The notes below the pieces were generated by a model. The model ran no database searches. It was not told the DNA's origin and was given only the letters and a program-made list of their open reading frames with translations. The position numbers and the translations under genes are program-made. Positions 37,113 to 49,495 of a stretch of DNA of 64,000 nt are shown piece after piece (position 1 is the stretch's first letter; every line of letters begins with the position of its first letter). The DNA lies in the IMG/VR virus record IMGVR_UViG_3300033156_000775, positions 32,001 through 96,000 of that record; one strand, 5' to 3'. This DNA comes from a virus.

Positions 37113-37911
37113 AATGAAAGAGTGGACTTGGGAGCTAGACCTGCAACATGAGAAAGCTGAAACAAAGCAGGAAGCTCTTAAGAACGTTAAAGCATTTTTC
37201 AAGTACCTATCAAATCTTCCAGTAGACCAGCTTGAAGAGTACATTACTATTTGGTCAGATGATGTTAGAGAGGAATAGATAATTGTTATCCCTTAAAAAA
37301 AAAAAGAGGTGAGTAAATGTGTCGTTAGATCTTAAACCTATAGATAGCCCTCCTTCCCTACGTAGAAATAAGTATAAAAATCTCTTAGAGAAATTCCTAG
37401 AAGACTCGGATGTTAAATATGCAGAAGTGGTTTTTCAGGACATTAGTCCACTTTCTGTAGTTCAAAGTCTCAACAAAGCCATTAAGTCTTCAGAGAGATA
37501 CAGTAAAATCCAAGCGAGGAGAGCTGGAGGCAAGGTTTACTTAATAAAGGAGGATAGTTGAAAAAAAAATGGACATAGGACAAGTTGAAAATAAAAGGAG
37601 GAATGATAAGGTATGGAGAAATTAGCAAAGTATACTCTGATAGCTACAGCAATAATATTTCCGTTGATGACTCTAGTTGCTTTCTACATTGACACAAGCT
37701 ACTACTACGACTATATCTTCATATCCAATAACTATCCTGAGCTACTGGACTATCACACTCGTATACTGAAATACGCTATCAATGCCATTGAACATACAAG
37801 CATTCTGTCTAGGATTTCCATCTACTTAGCCTTCCTAATCTTTGCTGGTATCCTAAGTCTACTCGCATGGTTATTTCTAAAGGATATGTTCTAAAATAGG
37901 GGAATTAGACT

Positions 37912-38904
37912 ATGAGTATAGACCCTGAATTGTTGAAGCAAATAGTATCTGAAGCTGTCAAAGCAGCTCAGTCCGAAGCTAAGAAAGAACCAGAGTTAGA
38001 CCAGTGGGCACTAGCTGAAGCTCCATTAGAAGAGGAGATAGACCTAAGCAAGCCTGAATATGAAGAGATGATCCTACAGCCCAGTGACATATCAGAGAAG
38101 AAGGAGCTATCAGGCTTCAAGACACATACATTTCTAGATCTGTTATTCATGGATGAAAAGAACAATTGTCTTAATGGAGTGCCTCATGGGGTCCAGCTTG
38201 GGATTGTAGGTACAAGTGGCTCAGGGAAATCTATCTTAATAGAAGAGATTGCTGTCCGGGTAGCTAGTGAAGGTAAGAAAGTACTCTTGGCTTCTAGTGA
38301 AGATGTTTTTATCTCTGACACTCCTAGATTCGATCTACAATCTAGATTAATGCAGAAAGCAAAGATACTAGACCTAGACTGGGATACTATAAAGGAGAAC
38401 TTATATGTCCTAGATGCTATTAGCAATCCTAGACTTAGAGAGTGGGACTTCTTTGCTGAGATATATAGATATGCATATGAGACTAGAGAGTTTGAATTAG
38501 CCCTTATAGACTCTATAACTATGCTAGAGTCCTACAGGGGAGCTCTTAAGTATCGTTTGATGGAGCTTTCCAGATACAACCAAGTTAGAGGAATAACAGC
38601 TATCTATGTGAACCAAAGGGCTTCAGAGGATTTTGACAAGCTATCCATTGCTGGAGGAATAGGATTAGCTCATGGTCTAGATGCTAACATAATCATTGAT
38701 GTAGGCCGGACATACTTCAGTGACCAGACAGCCTATCTAGGGAAGAGAGGCACTATAGTGAATATGTGTAGGGTTACTGATTGTAGGCTATGCTCCTTTA
38801 TTCGAGAGCATATTCCCTTAACAATAACCAATCAAGGACTCTTAAAGTTGACAGATACAGGTGTAGAGATGATAAAGCAGTTCTACTCTCAAAAAGCAGA
38901 ATAA
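37912..38904 (+). CDS. KaiC/RadA-like RecA-superfamily ATPase
   Basis: Walker A GTSGSGKS; Walker B ALIDSIT; NQR; AGGIGLAHGLD; DCRLC. Confidence 0.85.
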   Translation: MSIDPELLKQIVSEAVKAAQSEAKKEPELDQWALAEAPLEEEIDLSKPEYEEMILQPSDISEKKELSGFKTHTFLDLLFMDEKNNCLNGVPHGVQLGIVGTSGSGKSILIEEIAVRVASEGKKVLLASSEDVFISDTPRFDLQSRLMQKAKILDLDWDTIKENLYVLDAISNPRLREWDFFAEIYRYAYETREFELALIDSITMLESYRGALKYRLMELSRYNQVRGITAIYVNQRASEDFDKLSIAGGIGLAHGLDANIIIDVGRTYFSDQTAYLGKRGTIVNMCRVTDCRLCSFIREHIPLTITNQGLLKLTDTGVEMIKQFYSQKAE

Positions 38905-41568
38905 GGAAGATGAAGACAGTGAAATATGGTGATGGAAAGGGCAGAGTATTTATGTTGATGCCTGTTGGAAGGCTACGCTTTGTTCTGCCCTGGTATCTAG
39001 CTAACGACAGCACCTTCCATATTTCTGTTCCATTGGACTATAAAGACCTAGAATTCCTATCTAGAGAGCTAGGCTTGCCAATTGAGTCCTCTGTCAATGG
39101 TAGGAAACTTCTAGCTATTAAAGAGGGAGACTTAGAAATCATTTTCATAGGTAGATAGAAATGAGAAGGTCTAAAGCTAAGAAAGAAATGTCTGAGCTAA
39201 TTGACTCCTTAGAAGAGGAGATAATTAAGCATAAGAAGCTAACCTGGATTAGAGTGCCATTGAAAGACAAGAAGGATACTCCTAGATTCAGACGCCTAAC
39301 ATTTAACGATGAGAATGGAGAGTTCAGTCCAGACAGGGTTAAGAGCTTCGTAGAGTTCCTTAGAGATATCACTAGTCAGGTAATAGATCAGGCCTACAAA
39401 GATAAGGTTGACATCAAAGATAGATCATCCTTGATTTATTTGCTAGGTCTAATTGTGGATCAGACATTTGAGGATTTAAGTTCAGATTAAACAGGAGGAA
39501 TAACTATGCTATGGATCTCAGTCCTTACTGGAATCCTAATTGGAATAGTAGTTGGATCTGTCTATTCCTTTTCTAGGAAATTATTCTTGGTAGGTGTCAT
39601 AGGGGCTTCTGGTGTATTTGCCTTATTACTCTCTGTAGCTCCCTACCCATTCCTTCTAACTCTACAGGAAGAGATAGTTTCCTGGAATAGCCTGTTGAAG
39701 TTAACAGGCTTCCTATTTGGACTGTATCCTGGTAATGATTTAGGACGGATCTTAAGAGAAGAGGTGAAATAGGAAATGGAAATAATATACCATGACAGAT
39801 GGAGTCAGGAAGCAACTAGCTATGGATTAGTAATAATAGAGGATGAGTCCTTCCTAGATGAGTATGGAGGACGATTCCTAGTAGTAGCTCTAGTCGGAAG
39901 CTATGGTACAACATACTTCTACAATAAGGGATACAAGCATCCAAGCTATGTGAAGGAGAAGCATTCCAATCTAACGTGGAGAGATGCTGAGATCATTGCT
40001 GAAAGGCTAAACGAGGTAATAGGATAAATGTCCATTAGATGTGATCTACTGGACAATGCGAACAGAGCCATAGAATACTTACAGGACAGAATAGACACTC
40101 TAGTCTCAGATAGGGATAATGATGTCCAGCTAGCATCAGATGATATATTTTCTATCGTTGACCAATGGATAGAGGACTTACGTAAAGTCCTAAGCATCCT
40201 TACAGGAGAGGAATAAGGTAATGTCTGGTAAAGGTCTTATCCTTGAATGTCCATGTAACAACTGTAAGTATTCCTATGATGGTTGTGAGTTTGGATGCTC
40301 TAAACTTCTAGAATGGTTCTTTAAGTATCAGAAGCTTACAGGAGATGGGTCAGTAATTGTCAAGCTACAGGGATGACATACTAGAACGGTACATGGAATT
40401 CTGGAACAAATGTGGGACACATGGGCTAAGTAACAAGGACAAGTTGAAGGTACTGAAGAGGCTAGTGGATTTTGAATCTAAATGTAGCTACATCAGCTTC
40501 TCCTACAAAGACAAGTATAAAGAAAAGACATTGACTGAGCTGTTCCCTGAGCTAGTGCCAGCTAACTTATGTAAAGTCCACAGACACTCAGCTAGGCTTA
40601 ATGGCCTCATGCTCTATACCTTCAAGATTTGTCTAGAGAATGAACTTGAATCTTTAACTCTGGAGAGGAAGAGTGATGTCTCTTAGGCTATCCAAGTTTA
40701 TCTGGGCACTATATATTGACAAACAATTCATAGAGTACTTTGACACTCACCAGTCAGCTATAGACTTTGGTAAGAAATACTATCCTAATTTCAGCTTCAT
40801 AGTTAAGCCAATAACAGTATTCACGTTTGTAGGGGACAAGAAGCTTGAATGAAGGAGGATTTTAATGTCCTATGGTTCTGAATCATTTGGTCTGTTTGCT
40901 CTTAGGTCACAAATGGAAGAGTCTGTTTGAGGAATGGTCTATCAAGAATCTAGGAAATGGTCTAGTAGAAGAGACAGAAGTCTTTGTTTGTACTAGATGT
41001 GGTAAACGATGGACATTGAAAGGTATAATTGATTGCAAGGACCAGTCAGCTTTCCTAATGGAATGGAGGAATTAAACTGTGTCCGTAATAAGAACTGTCA
41101 AGGAAGAGCCATGTTCTCAGTGTGGTAGACTAACAAACGCATACGATATGCTGATGGGTAGGCTATGTCCAGAATGTATAGCTAAACGAGCTATTACTTT
41201 TGCTAGGAACATTAGGAATCTATATGGAATCGATGAGCCTGAAGAGTTAGACCCTTATTATTACAAATTAGCTACTTTGCCCCTGATAGATCATAGCAAT
41301 GACATTGATGCTCATTTACATTCCATAACAAACTATAGAGATCCTAAGAGGATACCAATAATCCTTAAGCGTTTAGAGAATATCTGGAGAAGGTTTCCAG
41401 ACCTTAGACTAGGACAGCTTATAGAAAATGTCTTCCCTAACAGAGGGATAGCTGGACATAGTGAATCAGCATATTATCTGGAAGATGAAGAGTTTATTGA
41501 ACGAATAGAGAAATTTTATAGCAATATAAAGTCTGAAAAAGAGATAGACCATACCAAGCTAATAAGAG

Positions 41569-42240
41569 ATGAAGAGAATGTCCAAAATAGATAGGCAATT
41601 CCTACATGAGTTTCTTTACAGAGGAAAAGAGCTAGAATCCCTAGAAGATAAACAAGTTACGCTGTGTGGGTGTGGAGCTCTAGGGACTTGGACAGCTGTG
41701 TTCCTAGCTAGGAGTGGACTTAGACATTTCAGGCTGATAGATATGGATAAGGTTGAGATACACAACACTTCTACTCAAGCATTCTTCCTAGAGAACCTTA
41801 ACCAATACAAGGCTACTGCTCTGTCCAGAATCCTCTACAGAATCAACAGAGCTAGATCCTCAATCTACAATGAGGAGCTAACAGCTGACAATGTGTCCCT
41901 AGCTTTCGATGACACAGACTTGGTTATTTGTACATTTGACAACTATAAATCTAGAAAGCTGGTTAGGGACAAGGCCCTAGAGCTAGACTTTCCAACAGTG
42001 TTTGCAGGTATGAATGGAAGCCTAAACTATGGGGAGGTAGCTTGGGCTGAGGATTACAATCCTCCTAGAGATCCTAAATCTAGAGATATAGACCCATGCA
42101 ATTATCCATTAGCAACAACTTTAGTGGTGTTGACTTCAGCTGTACTAGCTGAGGTCTCTCTAAACTATCTCCTTAAAGGATTCAAGTTCTATAAGCCATT
42201 TGGCTTTTCATTTAGCTCTTTCCAGGTAATTTCAAAATAA
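41569..42240 (+). CDS. Second E1/ThiF-family protein
   Basis: HEFLYRG, LCGCGALG, DMDKVEIHN, CTFDN; candidate catalytic Cys in DPCNYPLA. Confidence 0.85.
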   Translation: MKRMSKIDRQFLHEFLYRGKELESLEDKQVTLCGCGALGTWTAVFLARSGLRHFRLIDMDKVEIHNTSTQAFFLENLNQYKATALSRILYRINRARSSIYNEELTADNVSLAFDDTDLVICTFDNYKSRKLVRDKALELDFPTVFAGMNGSLNYGEVAWAEDYNPPRDPKSRDIDPCNYPLATTLVVLTSAVLAEVSLNYLLKGFKFYKPFGFSFSSFQVISK

Positions 42241-43383
42241 GAGCTCTAGCATTATTTGTAGTCCGGACTACATAGAGGTGAAAGATGAATGAGAGTTCCT
42301 AACCCCAAAGAGAAGAAATATTGGTATAAGAGAATAGGTTCTAAGTTCTCTAGAGAGTTTGATATTAATCGATATCTGCAAGATTTCAATGAATGGGAAA
42401 ACAAATTACTTCATTTTGTAGGATCTGTATTAGGGACATTCTTGGCCTTAATGAGGAGGCTCAATTGAGTGATGAAGGGAACAGAACTTTATGAACAAGC
42501 AATAAGGAAAGCTACAAGATGGAATCATGGAAGGCTGCCAGACACAGGAATGCAGCTCATCTTTGTCTATAATGAGCTGAAAGACAAGATTGTTATCGAG
42601 AAATAATTTAGGAGACATAGAAGCATAAGTATACATCGGAGATGGAGGGATGAGTGGTAGATTTGCTCTCTTAAACAAAGAGTGGCAGAGAACTGAGAGG
42701 GAAATAATGGAGCTAATTAGGCAATTTAGATTTGGACTTGATCAAATAAAGAATAGATATCCAGATGCAGGTATTGGAGATACAGAGACAGATGAGCTTA
42801 TTGTTGAGGAGATCTATAATCAAATTCACTAATTGGAGGTAGGTTCAATAATGGCTGATTTCAGTCCCTATTCTGATAAAGTGTCAGACAGGGACAAGAT
42901 ACGAGTCCTAGAAAGGATACTTCAGAACATTCTAGGATGGCTAGGTGCAGAGAAGGAAATCTCTTACCACAGAATGGGAGACACAGTATTTATCAGGATA
43001 GAAGTAGACCCTGACAAGATAGCTAAGTGGATCAGTGACCTTGCATATGATGACATAGATGTGTCATTCACCAACTACGTTAGGATGACAGAGATTATTC
43101 CTGGTGAGGGGAAAGAGCCAGAGGCATATACTGTAGCTGAGATAGCTGTCCATCCTAGATACTGGGAAGTAGCTGATAATCTAAAGAAGGAGCTTAAGAA
43201 GTTTAAAGCTGAAAACTCTAAGTTGAAACGGAAGCTAAAGAAGCTTGAAAAGACAGTTAGCTCTACGGAGAAGTAGAGTCCGATGATGGATAGGGTTCTT
43301 AGGCTCCTTAAGGAATGTTCAGAGTCCCTTTACTACGTCTATAAAGCTGGAGATCCTAAACGCTTCAACCTAGAGGAACTAGA

Positions 43384-44039
43384 ATGAACTATCTAATTAT
43401 CAATGGAGATTGCTTATCCACACTTCCAAAGCTAAAGAGGGGATTCTTTGATCTAGTGTTCACTTCCCCTCCATACTGGCAGCTAATGGAGTATGGTAAG
43501 CTCTCAGGTGAGTTTGATCCAGACGTGTAGATGGATTCATTCCGTTCAGTGGGTTTGAATATATCTCTATAGCTAGGAAGGCAGGATTCAAGCTTGTAGA
43601 CACAATAATATGGAGAGGAGCTCTTAAGAGAAACATAGGGTCTCCTAGATTCCTAGAGCATATGTATGAGCCTATAATGATATTTGCTAAGACTGATAGC
43701 TATCATTATCAGAAGGAAGCATTGAACTCTACTGGATTCCTATCTGACTTATGGAGCATATACTATGACGATCCCTATGACAGGTCTGGAATAGCTACGT
43801 ATCCAGTAAGCCTAGCTGTAAACATCATTAGATTGTGTTCTCCTCTTCATGGTAATGTGTTAGATCCCTTTCTAGGTTCAGGGTCAACAATAGACGCCTG
43901 CATACGGGCTAGACGTAATTGCGTAGGTATAGAGATTAATCCTGAATACAGTAAGAAAGCAAATGAGAGATGTAAGAGTATTCTGTTTGACAATGATATC
44001 TTATCCTTAAGAGATGAACAAAGCAGTAGGAGAAACTAG
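43384..44039 (+). pseudogene. N4C/N6A DNA methyltransferase, disrupted (or misassembled)
   Basis: 5' part MNYLIINGDCL..DLVFTSPPYW ends in a stop; 3' part (43662-44039) has VLDPFLGSGST and GIEINPEY. Confidence 0.75.
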
Positions 44040-44130
44040 ACTTGGACGTTTATGCGTTGCTGGTAGGGATAATTCTAGGATTCTCACTAGGAGCCTGTGT
44101 TATTGCATACTTTATAGTTAGGAGAGATAA

Positions 44131-44742
44131 ATGGATATGAGTAGTGAAGTCCTTAAATTCGTAAGAGAACACTGGGTTAAACAAGTAAACAATGGTTCAT
44201 CTTGTATACAAGAGCTTAAGTCCCTCAGGGACCTCTATCAAAAGGGTGGGTACTTCAAGAAAGCTTCGCAAATCCAACACCAAATACACGAGATACAGGT
44301 CCAAATAGAGCTAGAGAGGCTAAGGAAGGACTATATCATCTTGAAAAAGCCTAGATTTGAAAGTATCCTGGTAGATGTGCCAAGGAAATATAGGTCATAC
44401 TGGGATGAGAAATGGAAGTATTCTGGATACAAGTTGTCCAGTAAATTCTCCATCAGGACAAAATACCTGTTTGAAATAGACCCCAGTAACTACAAGGGGC
44501 ATATACCTCTCAAGCTAGTTGAAGAAACAATTAAAGCTAGAGAGTCCGGATTCAAACCTATGATATGGGCCATAGCTACTGAAAGTGAAATCATAGAGCT
44601 GTCTGTAGGTGAGGAGCTTAGAAAATATGACCCACTTCTAGTAGGCTATATTCCAGAGATACCTGGTTACGTGGTACTCTTGGGAATATGGGGTAAGGAC
44701 ATTGAGGACCTAGACAAGATATTCTCAAGTATGATTGATTAG
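44131..44742 (+). CDS. Hypothetical protein
   Basis: 203-aa ORF with RBS; C-terminal DPLLVG..LGIW. Confidence 0.55.
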   Translation: MDMSSEVLKFVREHWVKQVNNGSSCIQELKSLRDLYQKGGYFKKASQIQHQIHEIQVQIELERLRKDYIILKKPRFESILVDVPRKYRSYWDEKWKYSGYKLSSKFSIRTKYLFEIDPSNYKGHIPLKLVEETIKARESGFKPMIWAIATESEIIELSVGEELRKYDPLLVGYIPEIPGYVVLLGIWGKDIEDLDKIFSSMID

Positions 44743-44950
44743 GAATGGAGGAGGTAGTACAGGCTATGAGTGAATACGATTATCATAAATGCTGGCTAAA
44801 CGGAGAAGATTGTCTACCCATGTGAAAAGCATATGACCCTGATACTGGTGATTGCAGGATACTAAGGGCAATAGAAAAGGCAGTTAGCTCTCTAGATGTT
44901 TTCAACAAAATATTTGCTTTCAAGTCTTAGGGAATGTCTAGGGAAGATAA

Positions 44951-46594
44951 ATGAGCGTCGTAAAGATTCCTAGTTCAAAAGAACTGGTTAAGGATCTGGG
45001 ACTAGAGAAGGCTATAAATCTACTATCAAAGACTAAACCACTAAGCGTCATAGCTAGAGATCTCAATATTCCATATTTCAGAGTAATGTTGTATTCAAAG
45101 GGAGTTAAGATAAACTCTACATTGAAGTTTAATGAAGTAGCTGATATCTACAACAGAATATCCCTTATGTCCTCCATTAAAGGTAAGACATCAGAGATGG
45201 AATCTTTATTGTCCCTACCTATTTCCTATGAACAGAAGATTAGGCTGTTACTAGGTAGAATAGCTGATGTCCCTTTGGGAGTGGGAGATGACACTGTATT
45301 AGAATCGCTAAGGCTAGCCTACAATATCTCTAAGGTAGAGATGTCCAAGCTTAGAGAGAAGTATGGTGATGTAGGGGACATAACCTATAAGAAGGTGATG
45401 TTCCTAGCTTCGATCTTTAAGATAGCTACTAATGATGAAGCAAAGTACATAGCTAGGCTATGTAGGAGATCCCTCAACCTCCATATCCCTTCACAGAGCA
45501 TTGTAGCTTTAATCTCTAGGAAGCTGAGAGTTAGACCTGATCTGTTGAGAGAGGCTACTCTTACTAGAGGTTTGTTAGGAGGCCTTCTATTAGCTTCTAA
45601 AGGAAATAGAGCTTTATTGAAGGCTAAGCTCTCACCATCTAAGTTTCTAGAGCCTCAGCTAGCAATTATGTTTGATAGATCCAAGATAGTCTTCCCAGTT
45701 AGAGTAGAAGTAAAGTATGATGGTGTACGATGTCAGGTCCATAAAATCAAGGATAGGGTATTCTTATTTTCTAGAGCTGGTAACCTTAAGAATAATAGCT
45801 ATCCATCAATCGTAAATGATGCAGTCCGGACTACATTAAGTGCTGAAAGCTGCATACTTGATTCTGAGATTGTAGGAGTAAAGAATGGTAATATAATTCC
45901 CTTCTATGAAGGTATCCAGTCCCAGGACAAGTGTGAACTAACTATACGTTTCTTTGATGTTCTTTATTACAATGGGATTAACCTGTTAGGTAGACCATTA
46001 AAGGATAGACTATCTATTCTCTACAAGATTGTCCCTGAGGACTTAATAGCTTCTGGATTCACAGTTTCATCATATGAAGCTTTAATGTCTAAGTATGATG
46101 AGATAGTTTCTATGGGACATGAAGGGATAATGGTTAAGTCCCTATCTGAGAGGTACCATCCTGGAAGGAGACATAGGAGCTGGATGAAGCTAAAGAAATC
46201 TAGAGACACACTGGATGTGGTGCTGGTTAAGGCTAACTATGGCTCTGGAGAGCTAGGAGGCTTGTATTCCAGCTTCAGGATGGCTGTTAAGCACCCATCT
46301 AAGATGTTACTATATGAGATAGGGAATCTAGGAGGAATAGAGAGGGATACATTACAGCTACTATCAGAAATGGCTGATCAATATTCTCTAGATAGAAGAG
46401 ATAAGGAAGGTGTTTACCTGTTACCTAGAATAGTTGTAGAAGTGTCTTTCTATGAGGTCATAAGATCCAGTAAATATCCTTCTGGATTTAGCTTGAGGTC
46501 TCCAAACTTGGTTAGGATTAGATATGATAAGACACCTAATCAGATAGACACAATAAGCAAGGTAAGAAAACTTTATTCTTTAAAGAATCTTTAA
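44951..46594 (+). CDS. lig: ATP-dependent DNA ligase
   Basis: EVKYDGVRCQVH, ILDSEIV, FFDVLY, EGIMVK and WMKLKK motifs; OB domain (SLRSP..RIRYDK). Confidence 0.92.
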   Translation: MSVVKIPSSKELVKDLGLEKAINLLSKTKPLSVIARDLNIPYFRVMLYSKGVKINSTLKFNEVADIYNRISLMSSIKGKTSEMESLLSLPISYEQKIRLLLGRIADVPLGVGDDTVLESLRLAYNISKVEMSKLREKYGDVGDITYKKVMFLASIFKIATNDEAKYIARLCRRSLNLHIPSQSIVALISRKLRVRPDLLREATLTRGLLGGLLLASKGNRALLKAKLSPSKFLEPQLAIMFDRSKIVFPVRVEVKYDGVRCQVHKIKDRVFLFSRAGNLKNNSYPSIVNDAVRTTLSAESCILDSEIVGVKNGNIIPFYEGIQSQDKCELTIRFFDVLYYNGINLLGRPLKDRLSILYKIVPEDLIASGFTVSSYEALMSKYDEIVSMGHEGIMVKSLSERYHPGRRHRSWMKLKKSRDTLDVVLVKANYGSGELGGLYSSFRMAVKHPSKMLLYEIGNLGGIERDTLQLLSEMADQYSLDRRDKEGVYLLPRIVVEVSFYEVIRSSKYPSGFSLRSPNLVRIRYDKTPNQIDTISKVRKLYSLKNL

Positions 46595-46597
46595 GAG

Positions 46598-46972
46598 GTG
46601 GAATTGTTTATGAGGATAAGAGACTTGGAGTTAGTCCTAGTTATACTGGGACTAATAATTGTAGTAGGCTCATATCCCATATATGCTGTCTGCTACTATC
46701 AGACTGCAACTACAAAGATAGTTACAGTGAAGGAGAAATGGATAAAAGCTGCTCCAGGATCAGACACCATGATATATCTGTTCTCTGACACAGAGGGCAA
46801 TGTATACGCTGTTGCTGATGAGCTGCTGCTATGGAAGTGGGATGCATCAGACAGATGGGCCAAGCTAGAGGAAGGTAAGACCTATAGAATCACCTTCTAT
46901 GGTTGGAGGATACACATCCTGTCCTGGTATCCCAATGCCATAGAGATAGAGGAGATAGAAAGAGATGGCTAG
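46598..46972 (+). CDS. Membrane-anchored protein with an OB-like domain
   Basis: N-terminal TM helix; GWRIHILSWYPNAI C-terminal motif seen in viral membrane proteins. Confidence 0.5.
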   Translation: MELFMRIRDLELVLVILGLIIVVGSYPIYAVCYYQTATTKIVTVKEKWIKAAPGSDTMIYLFSDTEGNVYAVADELLLWKWDASDRWAKLEEGKTYRITFYGWRIHILSWYPNAIEIEEIERDG

Positions 46973-47542
46973 ATGCATATCGTGTGGACTGTACTTGAAC
47001 GATAAGGCTGTTTGTTTAGAATGTTATAATGAGCTACTCTATGAGAGAGATCAGCTTGCTAGTGAAGTCGATAAGCTGCATAGATTAATAGCTGATCTGG
47101 AGAATAAGCTAGCAGACTTAGAATATGAGCTTTCATGTGCTAGGGAAGATATAGAGTACTGGAAAGAACGCTATCACAGGCTACTACCAGATGCTTTTAT
47201 GGGAGAATAAGTAGTCCGGGTAAGCAATCTTTAAGTGATAGAACCATGAATCGTAGCATGTCTAAACGGGATGCAGGAATGATTCTAGAATGTCCATCAT
47301 GTCTGAAGGATACGTTATTGAAGATGTGTTTAGATCTAAGCGTACTAGAAGAGGATACTCAAGATCTGACATTATGATCTACTGTAAGCTGGAGGATGTG
47401 TCTATAGATCCAGTAGGGAACTTGGTGTTATTCCTTTCTAAGGAGAACAAGTCATATTTGTCCTTTCTTCTTAGACTGTTACAAAGCCATAGAGGTAAGG
47501 GATGTAGCATTTCGATACGGATAAAGGAACAGGAACGGGACA

Positions 47543-48358
47543 ATGAGCATAGAAGATAGTTTCTATTTAAAGGATAAGACTCAGGAGTTCTTATCATTCC
47601 TATTTCCAGGAGTGGACATTATAGCTAGCCCACCCAAGACCAGCTACAGGACCAATGCTATAAGGATTAAGAATATAGTGCTATTTGGACAGATGAGTAA
47701 GGGGAAGACAGAGCTTGTAAGGAAGATAGCTGAGGAGGCAGTTAGCTTCTATGGTGAGAGCAATGTCCATGCTGTACATTCTGAGGAGGGAGATCTGGAA
47801 GCAGTAATGGAATCTATTGTTTCTAACGATGAGCTAGTTCAATTAGCGTTTATAGACAATTTCACTCTTAAGGAAGTGCCTAAATCCTTGATCTCCAAAT
47901 ACTTCAATATCAGAGGAGACTGGATGGACAGTACTGGTAGGAACTATGGATACATAATCTCCATATTTGGCCTACACAGGTTTGAAAGCACATATCCTGA
48001 GTTCAAGTCCAACTTTGATGGAGCTATAGTTAAGAGTGCTCCTGGATTCAGTAGATATGACAAGTCTGTAGTAAGGTCTTTTATTGGAGATAAGGGACTA
48101 CATGACCTCTTAATTATAGAGGAGAAGAGAGATCAGGATCCAGAGTACATGAGCTACTCAGTGTTTGGAATATATGGTGGACTTAAGACCGGACTCCTAA
48201 AACTAGACATGGCTAGTAAGAACTATCTTGAAAGTGTAGTCCGGACTACATATTCTAATGAATATAACGATCAGGAAGAGATGCTTCTTAAGTATCCTTA
48301 CTTGGACAGGGCATTAGTATCTGCCCTGCTTGGACGTACTATTAAGCGTTTAAGGTAA
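47543..48358 (+). CDS. P-loop NTPase (putative)
   Basis: IVLFGQMSKGKT Walker A-like; LAFIDN Walker B-like. Confidence 0.55.
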   Translation: MSIEDSFYLKDKTQEFLSFLFPGVDIIASPPKTSYRTNAIRIKNIVLFGQMSKGKTELVRKIAEEAVSFYGESNVHAVHSEEGDLEAVMESIVSNDELVQLAFIDNFTLKEVPKSLISKYFNIRGDWMDSTGRNYGYIISIFGLHRFESTYPEFKSNFDGAIVKSAPGFSRYDKSVVRSFIGDKGLHDLLIIEEKRDQDPEYMSYSVFGIYGGLKTGLLKLDMASKNYLESVVRTTYSNEYNDQEEMLLKYPYLDRALVSALLGRTIKRLR

Positions 48359-48408
48359 GAAGTCAAGTCAAGCATAGCTCCGTACTAGGTAAAGGAGAAA
48401 AGGAGAAG

Positions 48409-48867
48409 TTGAAGATAGCATTCGATATTGATGGAGTCCTTAGAAGGAAGGACCTTGGATTCTTAAGGTTATGTCTGGATCTAGGAATAGAGAAGACTAG
48501 AGAAGCATTAAGGATGTACGATTATGCTGAGACTGAGCCTATACTAAATCCAATGCTCTTTGCTACTGCTGATGACGAGATATATGTGATCACCAACTGT
48601 ATGAGTAAGGAGAGTGCTGAGGTCAAGAGAAGATGGATCAGACATTTCTATGGAGATAGAATCAAGTTTCTATATGTCAGTGTAGCTACAACTGGTTGGG
48701 GCAAGGAGTATGTTGATGCTGTAGCTAAAGCTAAGGTTAACGTTATGCTTCGGGAAGGTATAGAAGTATACTTTGACAATGACCCAGCTATAATTAAAGT
48801 TATGAGGTCTTTAACAGACAAGATAAAGTTCATAAAGTATGGTCCTTGGATAGAGGAGTACTATTAG
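48409..48867 (+). CDS. HAD-superfamily phosphatase/nucleotidase
   Basis: IAFDIDGVL, YVIT, K and YFDND motifs. Confidence 0.8.
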   Translation: MKIAFDIDGVLRRKDLGFLRLCLDLGIEKTREALRMYDYAETEPILNPMLFATADDEIYVITNCMSKESAEVKRRWIRHFYGDRIKFLYVSVATTGWGKEYVDAVAKAKVNVMLREGIEVYFDNDPAIIKVMRSLTDKIKFIKYGPWIEEYY

Positions 48868-48868
48868 G

Positions 48869-49495
48869 ATGATGAAGTGTCCTATATGTGGAAAGGACTT
48901 TGATGATTACCTACCATTAAAGAGTAAAGACGATATTTACCTATGCATGGAACATGGCCTGTTCAGCTTACATGATGGGAAGCTAGTACCTGCTAAGTTC
49001 CCCTGTCCAAAGTGCCATGGTAATTACAAAGTCCCTAAGTACTATGATGGCACATGGGCAGTATGTGAATGTGAGATACATGGAGAGTGGAGAGTGAGCT
49101 TTCTAAGATCCTTTAAATTCAGAAAGCTATGTAGTATAGTAGCTTCTAAACCAAACAAGTCTCCTGAATATTATACTCCACCAGAGCTGAAGGTTAAGCA
49201 AATTCTGGACAAGCTTGGATTAAAGTATGAGCATAATAAACGATTCAGAGATGAGGAGCATAACACATACTACTATCCGGACTTTGTAGTATATCTCAAT
49301 CCATTAACTTTGATAATAGGAGTATCTCCCTCCATATGGCATGAACGTTGGAATCGTATTAAGTCCGAAAAGCGTAAGAAAGAATACTTCAGGAAGCTAG
49401 GCTATCCATATATTGAGCTTACAGAGAAAAATGAGAAAGAATGGGAAAATATCATACGAGACGTTTATAGGAGAGCCTCTAAGAATGGGAAATAA
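48869..49495 (+). CDS. Zn-finger plus PD-(D/E)XK (Vsr/DUF559-like) nuclease
   Basis: CPIC and CPKC fingers; TPPE..YYPDF..WH..LGY. Confidence 0.65.
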   Translation: MMKCPICGKDFDDYLPLKSKDDIYLCMEHGLFSLHDGKLVPAKFPCPKCHGNYKVPKYYDGTWAVCECEIHGEWRVSFLRSFKFRKLCSIVASKPNKSPEYYTPPELKVKQILDKLGLKYEHNKRFRDEEHNTYYYPDFVVYLNPLTLIIGVSPSIWHERWNRIKSEKRKKEYFRKLGYPYIELTEKNEKEWENIIRDVYRRASKNGK

